Shown here: positions 13,105 through 26,335 of the stretch, piece after piece
How positions within the stretch are numbered: the first letter of the stretch is position 1
Layout of the letters: the number at the start of each line of letters is the position of its first letter
Origin: the human T2T-CHM13v2.0 reference genome, Homo sapiens
Assembly: GCF_009914755.1 (NCBI RefSeq)
Contig: NC_060926.1
Direction: 5' to 3' (one strand)
Length of the DNA: 64,000 bases
Notes under the pieces: generated by a model
What the model was told of the DNA's origin: nothing
Databases searched by the model: none
What the model saw: the letters and a program-made list of their open reading frames with translations, nothing else
Made by a program: the position numbers and the translations under genes

Positions 13105-14540
13105 GATTTCATCTCCAGCAGTATGATACTAGATGGGCAGATAAACCCCTCTAGGTATAGAACAGATAAAAATGCTGGATAAAATACTTCAATATATATT
13201 TGTAAAGCATGGTTGAGCTCACAGTGAAGTAAGGGAAACAATTAAAGTCTAAATGACAAGAATACATTATTCTACAGGGGTAAGTAAGCATTATGGCTGG
13301 TGATTGTCCTGAGGGCATGTGCTTCAAGGAAAACGTCACATCTTCAAAGGCACCTACATGCAGACTACACTTCCCCGTGCGTATTAAAAGCTCCGAGCTC
13401 TGGTATCCAAGATCCTGGGTTTTCAGACACTGTGAGGATGCACAGTGTGCAGGTGATAAAGCTTGGAGCCTTAACAGGTTGGGAAGTTGGACTAGAAACT
13501 CTTGCATGAAGCTACAGTTCTCAAAGGACAACATGTTTGGTAGGTGAACTAGAACATAATCTGCCTTACTGAAGGAGAATTGCCTTCTCTGCCTTGTTTC
13601 AGCATGGAGTAAAAATAAAAAGAAAGCAAGCTCCACTAAGAATTCCTATCTCATGTGCCTGCCTTTCAGCTTTAAGGGCAGAATTCATACCAACTGTGTT
13701 ATTAAAATGAAAAGCAAGACACAAAGCACACAAACTCATCAGACATCATGAGCCTCTGGCTTGACAGTGGCCACAAGAGCTTGGCAGAAACAAAGGCAAA
13801 CCTCTATGAAAAAACACACTTACGATTCAGGTTCCAAAATTTCTGTAAAAAAGTTTAAAGGAATTAGAACTTTTAGTTAAAAATCACCAAATATACAAGA
13901 AAAAAAATCCATCATGAGTAAGCGTCAATAGAAAAAAAAGCTATAGAGTCAGACCCACAAAGAATGCAAATATTATAATAATCTGATACCAACGTATGTT
14001 TTATATATTTAAAGAAAGCTGAGAAGGATGAAAAAGCGTCAAAACATATGACCAGGAAGATTTGGGAAAAAGGAAACAAACAGAATACTTAGAAATTAAA
14101 AGAATAAAATTGAAACTAAAAAAACCATATTTACAGACTAAACAGCAGATTGGACACAAATGAAGAGAGAATTAATCTTCCAGAAAATAGATCTGAAGCA
14201 ATTAGCCTGAGTGAAGTTTAGAGAGGCAAAGGGATAGAAAATATGAAAGGGGTTAAGAGACACAGAAGATGATATTTAAAGATTCTGCATCTGTCTAATT
14301 GAAGTTCCAAAATGAGAGACTAGAGAGAATGGTGGAGAGGCAATATTCAAAGTAATAGCAGATGAAAAAATTTCCAGAATTGGTAGAAAAACTGTACACC
14401 TTGAATCAAACACCAAACCAGGACAGTACAAATAAGAAAATTGCAAGCTAATCTCATTCATGAACGTATATATGAAAGTCCTCACCAAAAAGTTCCAAAA
14501 TAAATCCAGCAATGTGCAAAGAAGATCATACATCATGACT
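13105..14540 (+). mobile_element. Old L1 (L1ME/L1M5-type): 5' region, ORF1 remnant and short ORF2 piece
   Basis: aacagcagattggacaca...gaagagagaatta (ORF1), then ccaaaccagg...aatccagcaatgt...atacatcatgac (ORF2). Confidence 0.7.
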
Positions 14541-14559
14541 GGCCCTACACCAGTTTTTT

Positions 14560-15186
14560 CTCTCCTAGCTCATTTTATCAGCTTGTGTGCATTTAAGTAC
14601 CATATTTATGCTGATGATTTCTAGGTTAGGGTTATATCACTAACCTAGAATGCTTCTTTGAGTTTGCACTCAAGTTCCAGAAAAAGAGAGTAGAAAGAAT
14701 GGTGGAGAGGCTGTATTCAAGTACCAGTTACCTAAGTATCACAGACATCCCAGCCAAAATAAGTCTAAAGTAGAGCCCTTCATTTTTCCTCCCAAGTCTA
14801 TTTTGTTAGCCCTGGTTTTCTTCTGCTTTCACCCCTAAGTCTTTTTCTTGGTTGTTTCAACTTCTTTTCCATTCCTTTTATTTAAACCATTCCTATACGT
14901 TCTTCTCATCTTGAGTTCCTGCACCATGAAATTTTTCCTGACTTACCTCTTCCCTCCCCACAAAATCTGGGCTAGTTGGCTCTCCTATTCCTTCCATAGC
15001 TTTCTGAAGTTTTCAGCATAGCACTTATCAAGGGGTGTTGCAATGGTTGTGTATTTGCCTGTCTGTCTCACTAGAAGCTTCTTGAGACAGGGACTCTTGT
15101 TCATTGAGAGAACATGTGCCATGAGTACAGAGTCTAGCCTTTAGTTGTCAATTGCTCAGTAAGTGTTAGTTGACTAACTGAATAAA
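14560..15186 (+). mobile_element. L2 3' region
   Basis: gcttcttgagacagggactc...ctcagtaagtgttagttgactaactgaat. Confidence 0.6.
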
Positions 15187-15199
15187 CAGAGTAGCATAA

Positions 15200-15760
15200 A
15201 TGTTTTAGTCAAAGTATGCACAAGGCAATAAGGAACTAAGGAGAGAGATACAGGAATGTCTCCTATCCAATCTGAAGGATGCAGCCCAGGAAATGTTTGA
15301 ACTGAGTTTGCTAAGGTAAGTATAATCTTTGACCATCTTGAGAGGAAGGACACAAGGGGTATGAAAAAGAACATTTTAGATAAAGAAAACACCATGAGCA
15401 AAAACTAGTGGAAAAATGTAAGCAAATTACTTGGAGCTAAGAGTATTTGGAAAGCACAAAAAATGTCTCTGGAGAGGTGAGATTTTCTGGAGCTTTGGAG
15501 GTCAAATCGCAAAGTTTGGCAGTCCTTCTTGAAACAGGGGAGCCTCTGAAGGAAGTATAATGGGAAACTTACATGGCCAGATTCATGCTTCAGAAAGATC
15601 ATTCTAGACATACCTAGGAGAATGACCCAGAGGTATGGAATCAGATACAGGAAAACACATTTTGTAGGGCTTGCAGCCATCTAGTTGATAAATGACAAGG
15701 GCTGAGTAATAACAGTGATGGTTATTAGCAAGGAGGGAGCCAATTGTTCTCAGAGTGCTG
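15200..15760 (-). mobile_element. L2 fragment
   Basis: gagcctctgaagg...gccagattcatgcttcagaaagatcattct, antisense L2. Confidence 0.6.
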
Positions 15761-16949
15761 GGGGAAGGTGCTAGTATCGAACCAAAATATTCTGTAAGAA
15801 CTGTCATTTGGGGGATTATCCAGCTGTCAGCACTGTCACAGGCCTGGCTGGGGCTAAGCTGATCCTGTTTGTGTATCTCTGGAACCACTGCTGGAGTCGG
15901 CGGAGAGATCTCCCCCCTACTTCAGGAACCATCTGGAGAAGGTCAGTCTGATCATTGGGATTCATATTCATTAAAAAGTTTACAAAAGCACAAGTCCTTG
16001 CTCAGAAAGGGAGAGATTACATCAACTTTCATCCTGTCTTTCACTCATTGTTTTCTGCTGGTTTTATTACTGTTTTGGCACCAACCTTGATTTTGAAGCT
16101 GAAAACAGACAGTGGCTACATGTCAATATTCATTAAATATGAGAAGATAGGTTAATCCTCAGAAATCTAATTTTGATGTTAAAACTGAAACTCATGCAGG
16201 CTTTTCTTGCCTTTTGTGGAAACTGGTGACTATTAAAGATAGGTTATGCCTGATAGGTTGATTACACAGCATTCTTTTTATAATATTCCTTTTTCATAAT
16301 GTTTTAGAAAATACTAATTTATTAAGCAAACATAGTAATCTTCACAGACTGTTATCTAAATATTTAATTTGCATATTGAATCACACATCTGACAGGGCAG
16401 GATAAATGTGATTAAATTCATTAATATAGATGTTCCAAGATGAGTGTTTTCCTTGCTGTGATGTTTTTTGATTCAGATTTGAATTAGAGCACACTGGCTT
16501 TTCATGCCACACATTACAATCTCCTGTCCTTAATGGCAATGTTGTCAGTATAGCTAAACAGAAACACACTGGCCAAGGAGTGGTGTGTACTTTCCAGCTC
16601 TCAGGAGGAGGCCAAGTGAGTGTTGGGGATTTAGACAAATGTTTTCCAGGGGCTTCACCATAGGAGTAGTTTTGCATAGCAGAGTTTTGTGTGTTTTCCT
16701 GCACCTAGCTTTCCCAACAAGATGGGTCAGCCCTGGAGGCCTGTTAGGAGACCGGGCCACAAGACGGACTCCAGAGGAAAATAATCCTTTGACTAAATGA
16801 GTGTTCGGGAGTCCAGAAGAAGACTAAGACTATTATATTACAGCATGTCACCAGCTATAGAATAAGGTTGACTACAAGAGAAAAATGTATGGGAAACCTT
16901 TGCCAAAGGAATGTACTTTACAAATGAAGTTGGTTTTACTGAGAACAGC

Positions 16950-17125
16950 AAGGCATAGAGGTTAAAGGGATGGACTTTGGATGCAGACTTCCTAGTTCCA
17001 AATCTATGCCTCAATTTTCTCCTTTGTAAATGGAAATCTTAATTTTATCTCTTGTGTATGCTTCCCATGAGGGTAAAATAAGTGAATGTATATAGAGTGC
17101 TTAGAAATTGCCTGTCATAACATAA
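16950..17125 (+). mobile_element. MIR SINE
   Basis: ctagttccaaatc...gcctcaattttctcctttgtaaatgg. Confidence 0.7.
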
Positions 17126-17199
17126 CCAAGTTTTCTCCTTTGCCCATTGGTGTCTGATCCTCTAGCACAGGGTCTGGCCAATTGTAAGCACTCAGTGTG

Positions 17200-17545
17200 C
17201 CTACATTCAACTCACTGTACACACTCCCTGGACATCTATTAAGTGCCAGACCTGGGCCAGGCACTAGGACAATGATGAATACGACATATGGTCTGCCTCA
17301 AGAAAAACAAAGTCTAGTAGAGAAGACAGACATACAAATGGTAGATTCTATTCTGTGTGATGAAGGGAATAACAGGGGCAGATATGGTGACAAATTCCAG
17401 AGGTGGTTAGGGGGAGACTGAGTTTGGATTTAGGAGGTTTATGAAGGAAATGGTTTACATGGTTTCTAACTACTAAGTTGGGTTTTGAGGTGTGATTAGG
17501 CGTTGGATTATCAGGAGTGTAAGTGATGAGGGAGAGTAAAAGGGT
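17200..17545 (-). mobile_element. L2 fragment
   Basis: tattaagtgccagacctgggccaggcactagg...gtctagtagagaagacagac. Confidence 0.6.
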
Positions 17546-17562
17546 TAAAGAACTCAGGTATA

Positions 17563-17867
17563 ACAGGAACAGAAAACCAAACACCGCATGTTCTCACTCA
17601 TAAGTGGGAGTTAAACAATGAGAACACATGGACACAGGGAGGGGAATAACACATACCGGGGCCTGTCAGTGTCTGGCGGGGCCACACTGGGGTTGTGACG
17701 GGAGGGAGAGCATCAGGACAAATAGCTAATGCATGTGGGGCTTAAAACCTAGGTGAGGGATGATAGAGGCAGCAAACCACCATGGCACACGTATACCTAT
17801 GTAACAAACCTGCACATGTATCCGGAACTTAAAAAAATTTTTAAAAAATCATTTCACATTCCAAAAA
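17563..17867 (+). mobile_element. L1PA (PA8-10-like) 3' end, 5'-truncated
   Basis: cagaaaaccaaacaccgcatgttctcactcataagtggg...ggaacttaaaa; TSD aaag(a/g)actcaggtata at 17547-17562 and 17868-17883. Confidence 0.93.
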
Positions 17868-19419
17868 AAAGGACTCAGGTATAGAATAATGAATATGGGA
17901 TGAAAATATGCCATGTCTTTCATCCCTTTTGTTGTTTCTTTGATTTGGCCATGAAATTTATTGTTTGGAGTCTCCCCAGTTCCTAATCTAAGTTTGGAAA
18001 GAATCACATGCCTAATGAAAGCATCAAACTGGAGAATCCCCTCCTATTCTGGGAACTGGCGAGCTGGTGTTCAGCTGTGTGTGTACTGCTGTTTATAGAC
18101 CACTGGCTTGTCTCCAACAGTCGAGTCTAGACTTGGTCCATTACTTTGCTTCTGAGACAACCTTCTGGCCAAGAAATTGCATATCAAATCCAAACTCTTA
18201 GCTATTCAGAGCTTTGTTCTTCTGGAAGAAACAGGATGGAAAATATTTGAGATAACTTAGGATTTCCAAATATAACCACTTCCTTTGCTGGAGGGGGCTA
18301 GAGAATGGGAGTAACAATTCTCACAATCACCTTCTTCATTTCTTCTGCCCTTTAGTCACTTGCCTGTCTCTCAACATACTATCATACTGAGAAATTGATT
18401 AAAAACACACTTCGATTCCCAATTCATTAAAATTAAATGTGTCACATCTTACAAGTGAAACTACAATTTTCAGACGGAAAATGAAAACATTTTTCCCTCA
18501 TATTTTGCTATTACTGTCCCCACAGTCTCACAGTTGACAGTCTTTACTTTAAAAGGCCGCTTCACACAGATATGCACAGAATTCATATTGGAAGCACCAG
18601 GAACAGAGAGGAAGTGCACATGGATACTTTCAGAGGAGCCAGGCTGTGTGAAGGACCTCTGAGCTGACCATAAGAACCACACTTCTTTTCTGATGGTCTT
18701 GCCTGGCTGAAGGATGGATCACTTCCTTAAGCTGAATCTGCATAACCAAAGCATGCTCTTAAATTTTAAATGATGTGTATTGTTTCTAGGCTGGTTGTAT
18801 TTTTTGTCCCTCCTTCTATCTACTGGCCAAAGGAGAACACAGAACTATCTATTTTCTTCCTTAAATCTCTTCCTGCTCTTAGATCCTCAGTCTTAATGGT
18901 ACAATTATCTTCCCTAGTGAGAAATCTGGGAGCTAGCACACATTTCTAGTTGTCTTTAATCTCTTGACCTAATTTTCACTGTTATTTCCATCTCCTTAAC
19001 TTTTTTTTTGTTTGATACCTCTCTCTTTCATATGCCTTTTAGTGAACTGTGTATATAGATGAAGACCCTTAATTGAGAAAGAAAACACAATTTCTACAAC
19101 ATATTTCAAAACATTTCTCATCTGGACTTCTGTAGGACCCTGTAGGATTTCCTGCTTTTGTTCTCATACTTCCATCCCAGATTTGTAACACTGATTGTGC
19201 TTTGCACTTTAGTGGCTATAGGGCCAAGTAAAAAATTTCTTAGCATGAAATAGAAGGCCTTTAGTCATCCGGCTCCACCCTTCTTTCTAATGCCTCCTAG
19301 TTTCTCTTCATGCCTTTGCTTATGTTCTTCCCACAACTTGATGTCCCTTTCTTCTCTAATATCTTTGTCAAACCCCTTCAACTCATCTATGAATTTTCTT
19401 AAATTACATGTCAAGCTAT

Positions 19420-19610
19420 GTCAAAGGCAGGACATAGCTTACTCAAAGTGGGTAACTTGAGGAGAGTTTAATAAAGAGATTATCTCTAAAGAAGTAGGCA
19501 GGATGTGGGGAAATCACAAACGGTAGGGTAGTAAGTACCTGAGGCTAAAACAAGGGGCTGTCATCTGCCCCCTCCCTGGGCAAGGGAGCTGTAACCTGAA
19601 CCCAGAGACA
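19420..19610 (-). mobile_element. ERVL LTR fragment (LTR33-like)
   Basis: actcaaagtgggtaacttgaggagagtttaataaagagatt. Confidence 0.55.
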
Positions 19611-20659
19611 CTAACAACACCTCTTTATGCCCACCGCCGCCTTCACCCCCATATTCTTCGCTCCTGTCTTCACTTCCTCCCCCTAGTTTGTTGGTCACTT
19701 CCTCAAAGGACACTGACGTCCAGAATCCCAAAGTCTCAAGTCATCCAGCTCCCTTGAAGTACTAAAAAAGACACAAGAGAAACCACTTCAGACGAATAAC
19801 TCATTTCTCTCCAGTTTCTACACCAGGTCCTAGCTGCACTTCTGCTCTGGTTATGTGAACTGAACCGTTTGTGACCTTGAGTTTCTTCCCCTGTGATCCT
19901 TAACACCTAAAACCTAGAGTAGAATCATCCCTTCAGTGGCCTCCTAGCTGTTTCCTTTTTGGGTTATACCACAGTTTCCTACTTGGCCCTCAATAGGCTG
20001 AAGGCATTCCAAGAAGAGTTCTCCCTAGCCTAAAATGGATCATCTGCAAACAAATGAAGAGAGGATTCCCTCCTCATTTCAATCATCCAAGGTCCATGTC
20101 CAGTGTGTCCTATATGGGGACTTGAGCTGGTCTCCCTGGTGTGCTAGATGCAAATCTGACTCTACGAAGTTTAGATTGTAAAGGGGGAGGCTGAGGGCTT
20201 GGAACAAAATTTTGATGAATGGAGAAAAGAGGGTCTTGATAAGAAAAAGCAAAACAAACTTCCTTGTGTAGTTTAATTTGTGGGTGGAGCATCTTCGCAT
20301 GATTCTGGATGTGAGATTCCCAGTTTTGGTGAGAATTAAAGCTCACTGAGAATGTCACTGAAGTTTCATATACTTTAGACTCTTTTTTTTTTTTTTTTTT
20401 TACAATTTCCATCATTAAAGTCAACAAATATTAATTGGGCCCTTGGTATTCAAAAATCCTTTTCCTATGGACTGTCTTCAGCACACAGAAGGCATATATC
20501 AGCAGTGTCTATAGTGATGAAACTCAAGTCTTTTTTCCATGAAATAAGATACTGGTATGGAGGGGGAAGAGTCAATGTGGTTGACCACAGAGGGAGAAAA
20601 GGTGCAATAAACCCCTGGTGCAGGTATTCTAACCCTGGGATGTGGGCTGTGAACTTCCT

Positions 20660-20835
20660 GTTCCTTCCCTATAATAGCTCCTAATATACTTTATTGTAAT
20701 TGCCTTTTTAATGTCTGTCTCTCTTACTAGATTATATGCCCATGAGGGCAGGGAATTTGTCCTATTCATCATTGTCACCTAGTATTTAGCACAGGCCTAA
20801 TGAAGAGCAGATACTCAACAATTATTTGTGTGAAA
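20660..20835 (+). mobile_element. L2 3' end
   Basis: actagattatatgcccatgagggcaggga...tactcaacaattatttg. Confidence 0.65.
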
Positions 20836-22399
20836 AAAATGGCTTCATGTTGTTTGAAGAACATCTCTGTGCATACAGGAGGCCCTCACTCTATTCAGTA
20901 AATGGGGCCAAGTCTAGAGTGTCCTGGCTGTGGCCATGGGAAGGAAGATTCTTTGATTTCTTCTGACTGTCATGGAGGGGTAAGGCATGTAAGTTATTTT
21001 CATATACCCATGTAATAAGACCTAGGCACATGTCACCTATTTACTTTGATTTGAAGACTCTTGCAGTCTTAAAATACCACCTCTTACCACTTGTGTTTGC
21101 TAGTTATTATCAGCCTCTGTCAGAATAAGACTGTGTGTTATGCAGTAGCGGCACAAAGATTCAGCCTAAGCTATAGACTTCCCTGGACTTGTTAACTCTT
21201 AACAGTTTGTTAGATCAGCTGGAATAAAATATGGACCTGGAACACAGAATGGCTAAGTTTTGATAAAAGTTAGGGAAAATGGAGAACTCTTTTATATTGC
21301 TCCTCAGTGTAGAGTGAGCGTAAAGGAAGGCAATTCTGTGGGGGCTGAAACCCTTTATTGAGCTGGTCCTCTGACCAAGCTGGAGTGTGCTGTCACAGCA
21401 GAGCCGGTCTGGAAAAAAACACCTCAGGTAGGGGTAACTTGAGAGCCAGGAGAAAGAAGGATGAGGGGAGGAGTCTGCAAATATTTCAAATCTTACCAGG
21501 TATTCTTCTGGGAAATGTATAAGATGAGGCAAGTTAGAACATGTGGCCCTGCTTCAGACATTAATGGCCCTCAAAACACAGATCAAGCACTTCATAAGCC
21601 CAGGAGGGAAATTGATGGCTGAAATGGGTCCAATACAGATCAAAGTGAGTGTGAGGACCTCCTCAATATCTTCAAGACACAGTTTTGGATGATTGTAGGG
21701 CATGCATGGGCATGTAAGACACCATCCTTCCCCGCAGGAATCTTACAGTATAGTTTTGAAGACTTTTTAACAAAATATCAAACCAACCACTTCTTTGCCT
21801 TGTACATAAAACGTATCAATCTTTGCTCAATCAATAACATAGACCATCTGCTTTCCAGACACTTGTCAGAGAGAATAACCTCAAATTGTCAACTCTCTAA
21901 CCCCTATCAGAATTCAGTCTGAGAGAAGAGATACTTAGGGAAGATAGCCTGTAAGGAATGGTTTTCAAATTATTATTTTTTGCAACAGGTTTTTTCTTCT
22001 AATGATATCTTACCTGGCAAGGCAGAACAGGAAATAGAGAAAAGTGGAGGTGTGCTAATTGAAGGGGGCAAGAGACCCCTAAAGTCCCTCAGCCCCTCTT
22101 TGGTCCCTGAAGTACCTGTGTGTGACTCTACTGCCCCTGAAGGGTAGGCTTTGGAAGCCACAGGTCTAAAGGAAATACAAGATCATTACTCCTCCATATG
22201 TTCTGCCTTTGTAAGCATTCAGTGGAAAGCTACAACCAGGACTCATTTAGCTTGGAATGTGCAAAATTACCTTCTTGAGTTATGCCCTTAGCTTACCCTG
22301 AGGGTGAGAGTAAGATCAGTCTTATGGGATTTTTTTCTCTTTATATATTTTTGAATTGACAGAAAATATTATGAAAAGCATGTGACTTTTGTAGTTCAA

Positions 22400-22481
22400 A
22401 AAAGTAGAAATGGATGATGTAATAAAGGTAGAAATGGATGATGTAATAAAAGTAGAAATGGATGATGTAATAAAAGCAGAA
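22400..22481. repeat. 24-bp tandem repeat, about 3.4 copies
   Basis: aaa(a/g)gtagaaatggatgatgtaat at 22400, 22424 and 22448, partial copy at 22472. Confidence 0.95.
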
Positions 22482-23195
22482 TGTTAGAAAAAATGGGCTT
22501 AATCTAAGGTAGAAATGTTAGAGACTGAAAGCAGAGAGAAGTTAGGAAGTTGGTGTTGTCAGCCCAGAGTGACACTATAGACACCTAGACCAGAGCGGTG
22601 GCAGGTACAAGATGGAAATCATTTAGCATGAGGATAAATGAACAGGGAAATATCAGAGGCAGCATAAGGACAGAAGAACAGAGGGGCCATGGCAAAATGG
22701 CAGAGGGTATCTGTGGGGAAATCCTGAGGGATTTGATCAGTGGGGTTTGTATAAAAAGAGGATAATCACTGTCCTTTAGAAGTCAGAATCAGAGGGAGCC
22801 GTAGGTGGTAAGAAGACCTTGCTTCCTTGTGTCAGGAGGGACATGGAGGTTAAGGGGATGAGGATGCTTTTACACTTGGAAGTGGTAATCACACTTGCTC
22901 ACTGGGGATTCTGGTCCTACATATAAGATGCTTCCCTCCAGAACTCCTCCCAAATGAGAGAGCTGCCCACATCCCGGGATCCTCCCTGAATAATGCATTC
23001 TGACCTGATTCTAATGATTCAATAAAAATAATAATCATTTACATCTGTATACAGAGTGGATGATACATTTCTCTAAAGGGGTTTCACATTCTCTTGTTTC
23101 ACTCTTCCAATCATGCTGTGAGGGAAGAAGAGCTGATTGTGCCTTGATTTCCTGAAAAAAGATACAAACAAAAAGTTACATAACACACTTCCTAG

Positions 23196-23650
<455 letters not shown>

Positions 23651-23714
23651 TGAAATCATTCAGAGTTTCTGCTCTGTTTGGTAGTCTGCACGTGACCTTT
23701 CCAGACTTCTCTGA

Positions 23715-24045
23715 ATTGGATATTGATGTTGGCCACTTGGCTCGAAGGGCTGTGTTTCATTTTTCCAATGTCTCAATTTTCTTCATTTAGCTGGTATCTT
23801 GTCTCTCCTTATCCATATTTTATCCACATTAGCACCACCTTGTGTGTCTGAGCTCTCATTTGATATGCACCGGCAGGTGTGGTCTGCATGCCGATGCCTT
23901 TGAGGATGTCTTCTTTGAAGTTTCCTGTCCTCCCATTCTGGATATTTTTTGCTTGTTCTGTGGCCTGACTCCAGTTCTTGTCAATGCACTTATGGTGATG
24001 TCCTATATATTTTGTGTAAATGTGACCTTTGTCATGTTTTAAAAT
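23715..24045 (-). mobile_element. Possible Penelope-like element relic (GIY-YIG endonuclease region)
   Basis: Frameshifted minus-strand translation gives KQKISRMGGQ, PVH and KKIE..WKNETQPFEPSG(L)N, resembling the Penelope GIY-YIG domain. Confidence 0.4.
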
Positions 24046-24111
24046 TGGCCTCTTTTACTAATGAGGAGTGATTCCTCGTTTGTGAAGTAGTATGTGATTA
24101 GGTACTTAAAA

Positions 24112-24275
24112 ATACACACACACACATATAGTGTATATATAGAATATTTCGTATATATTATATAGTATATATATAAAATATGTGTGTACATATTTATAAA
24201 TGTATATACGTGACTATCTATCCAAGTATCCAAACTATTTTTCTGTCTATACACATGCACACACATGCACATATA
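24112..24275. repeat. TA/CA-rich low-complexity tract
   Basis: acacacacacatata...tatatat...acacatgcac. Confidence 0.8.
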
Positions 24276-24449
24276 TTACGTTCAGGATTAGGTCCTGAAA
24301 TCTAGATATAAAAGGTCCCTAAAAGTAACCTTAACCTTAACTATAAAGTGTCTATGGGAGACCGGGGTCCATTTGGCCTATCCAGTTAGCTGAGGGGGTT
24401 ATTTTTGCAAAGGGGAATTGTTTACTTAGAAGCACTGTTTTAGGCATAG

Positions 24450-24610
24450 TAGTGATCTTAGAGATCATTGAATCTAAACTCTCATTTTGTAGCTAAGAAT
24501 GCAAAAGTTATGGGTTTTGCTTGAAGTCACTCAGCTCACTATGAATTATAACTCAGCTGGGGTTGGAGCCTGGGAGCCTCCTAATTCCCACTCTGGTTCC
24601 CTTCCTTATA
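24450..24610 (-). mobile_element. MIR/MIR3
   Basis: ttagagatcattgaatctaaactctcattttgtag...gcttgaagtcactcagct. Confidence 0.65.
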
Positions 24611-25557
24611 TCCCTTTGTCTTTTCCTTGAGTGTATCTTTGTTTTCAGGAAATATAATAGTTTACAAGAGAAATTAAAGTTGGAGTTTGGCATCATCATC
24701 CCATAGCATTTTATTGTGGGAATTGTTGTAAATGATCATGTTTGACCCTGAATTCTCCTGAGACCACGAAGTGCCCAGGGACATGGAAAAGAAAGGCAGA
24801 GAATTAAAAGCCTTGTAAGTAGGTGAAAAGGCATGTTTTCAACATTGTAGCAGAAAACAGGGGCTTGGGGTCTACATCTAGTCTGAGGCATCCCTTCCTT
24901 AACCTTCAGTCTATGAAGGACCCAACACCACCTTCTCCTCTCACCTATTTCCCCATCAACCCCTGGGTATTGGGGCCAACCAGGAGTTGTGCAGGTATAA
25001 GTCACTCTGCTTCACAAAGGGGATACAATTACCAAACGGTCTTCTGTTCCCACTGTCCTAGGGATGTCTTTTTGCAGTCATCCTGGGCCAAGAGGAGATC
25101 ATGGCATTGGATAGTTAGGTTTGCTCTGTGTTGAAACAACACTTGATTTATGCAATTTGGTCAGACACCTGGTAAAATCACTGAATAGAAACCAAGTTGG
25201 TTCAACTGACTGGTGTATGGAGCAACTGGTCATTTGAATCAGAACTCTCAGCCTAGCAGTTTGGTGCTATTATGATACTGCAAATATAATAATACAGAAC
25301 AGCAAACTGAGCCTAGCCTTTGTACAATTTTAAAGAAATAATAAAGCATATGCCCATAAACTTGCATAGAAAGTTTGCAAGGGAATTCTTTCTAAATGAG
25401 CTTGTTGGTGGGGATTTTTTACTCTGGAGAAATAAAGTCAAGATGCGAAACCTGTGGCTGACACAGTGCTAACTATGTGCCTGAACAGGGGCAAGGTAGG
25501 TAAAAGACAGGCAGCTGCTGCTTTCCCATAGCCATGAGGATTCTGACCATTTAGACC

Positions 25558-25864
25558 ATTGATTGATTGATTGATTGATTGATTGGAGACAGGGTCTTGC
25601 TCTGTCACCCAGGCTGTAGTGCAGTAGTGCAATCATAGCTCACTGCAGCTTTGAACTCCTGGGCTCAAGAGATCTTCCTGCCTCAGCCTCCTGAAGTGGC
25701 TGGGACTACAGGCACATGCCACCATGCCTGGCTAGTTTTTAAAAAATTTTTTATAGAGATGGGACTCTCTTTGTGCCCAGGCTGGTCTCAAACTCCTGGG
25801 TTCAAGCTGTCTTCCTGCCTTGGCCTCTCAAAGTGCTGGGATTATAGGCATGAGCTACTGTGCC
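25558..25864 (-). mobile_element. AluJ with (GATT)n tail
   Basis: gagacagggtcttgctctgtcaccc...atcatagctcactgcagctttgaactcctgggctcaag (J-type diagnostics). Confidence 0.95.
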
Positions 25865-26164
25865 TTTTAACTGGATGTCCTGGTCACCAACCAAGTTGTA
25901 ACTGTGAAGTGACCCTTTGGTTCAGCTAATGAGATGGACTGGTGATGCACACAGCCATTGTCAAGGCCTCCTATTTTTGAAGTTTTGTGGATAGAGCAGG
26001 TCTGCACTTTGTTCCTGCCTTGTGGTCTTAGAACAAAAACACCTAAGCAGTCTCTGTATGAATTACATAAATGCAGTCGAGTTGTCTCTATGACCAACTA
26101 GCCATAAGACCATTACTTTCTCTACTTGTTAATAACGTTTGTCTTTATTAATTCACCTTCTAAA

Positions 26165-26335
26165 CTCTAAACTTTGAAATAATTTTAGACGTACAGAAGA
26201 GTTACATTTTCTGTCTCCCTCCCTCCTTCAAATACTCTGGTGTATATTTCCTAAAAAGAGCATTCTCTAATATAACCACTGTACACTATGTAAATATCCT
26301 GTTTCTCACTAAAGTTTCACGTGCTAGATTTGCAT
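26165..26335 (-). mobile_element. L1MC4/5-type 3' end fragment
   Basis: tttgaaataattttagacgtacagaagagtt...cattctctaatataaccac. Confidence 0.55.

Noticed and set aside
13151-13636. 161-aa minus-strand ORF
   Set aside because: It lies antisense within an old L1 5' region and has no domain signal.
16365-16375. Octamer/POU motif taatttgcata, and isolated AP-1 TGAGTCA sites (e.g. ~2486)
   Set aside because: Single short motifs are expected by chance in 64 kb and have no supporting context.
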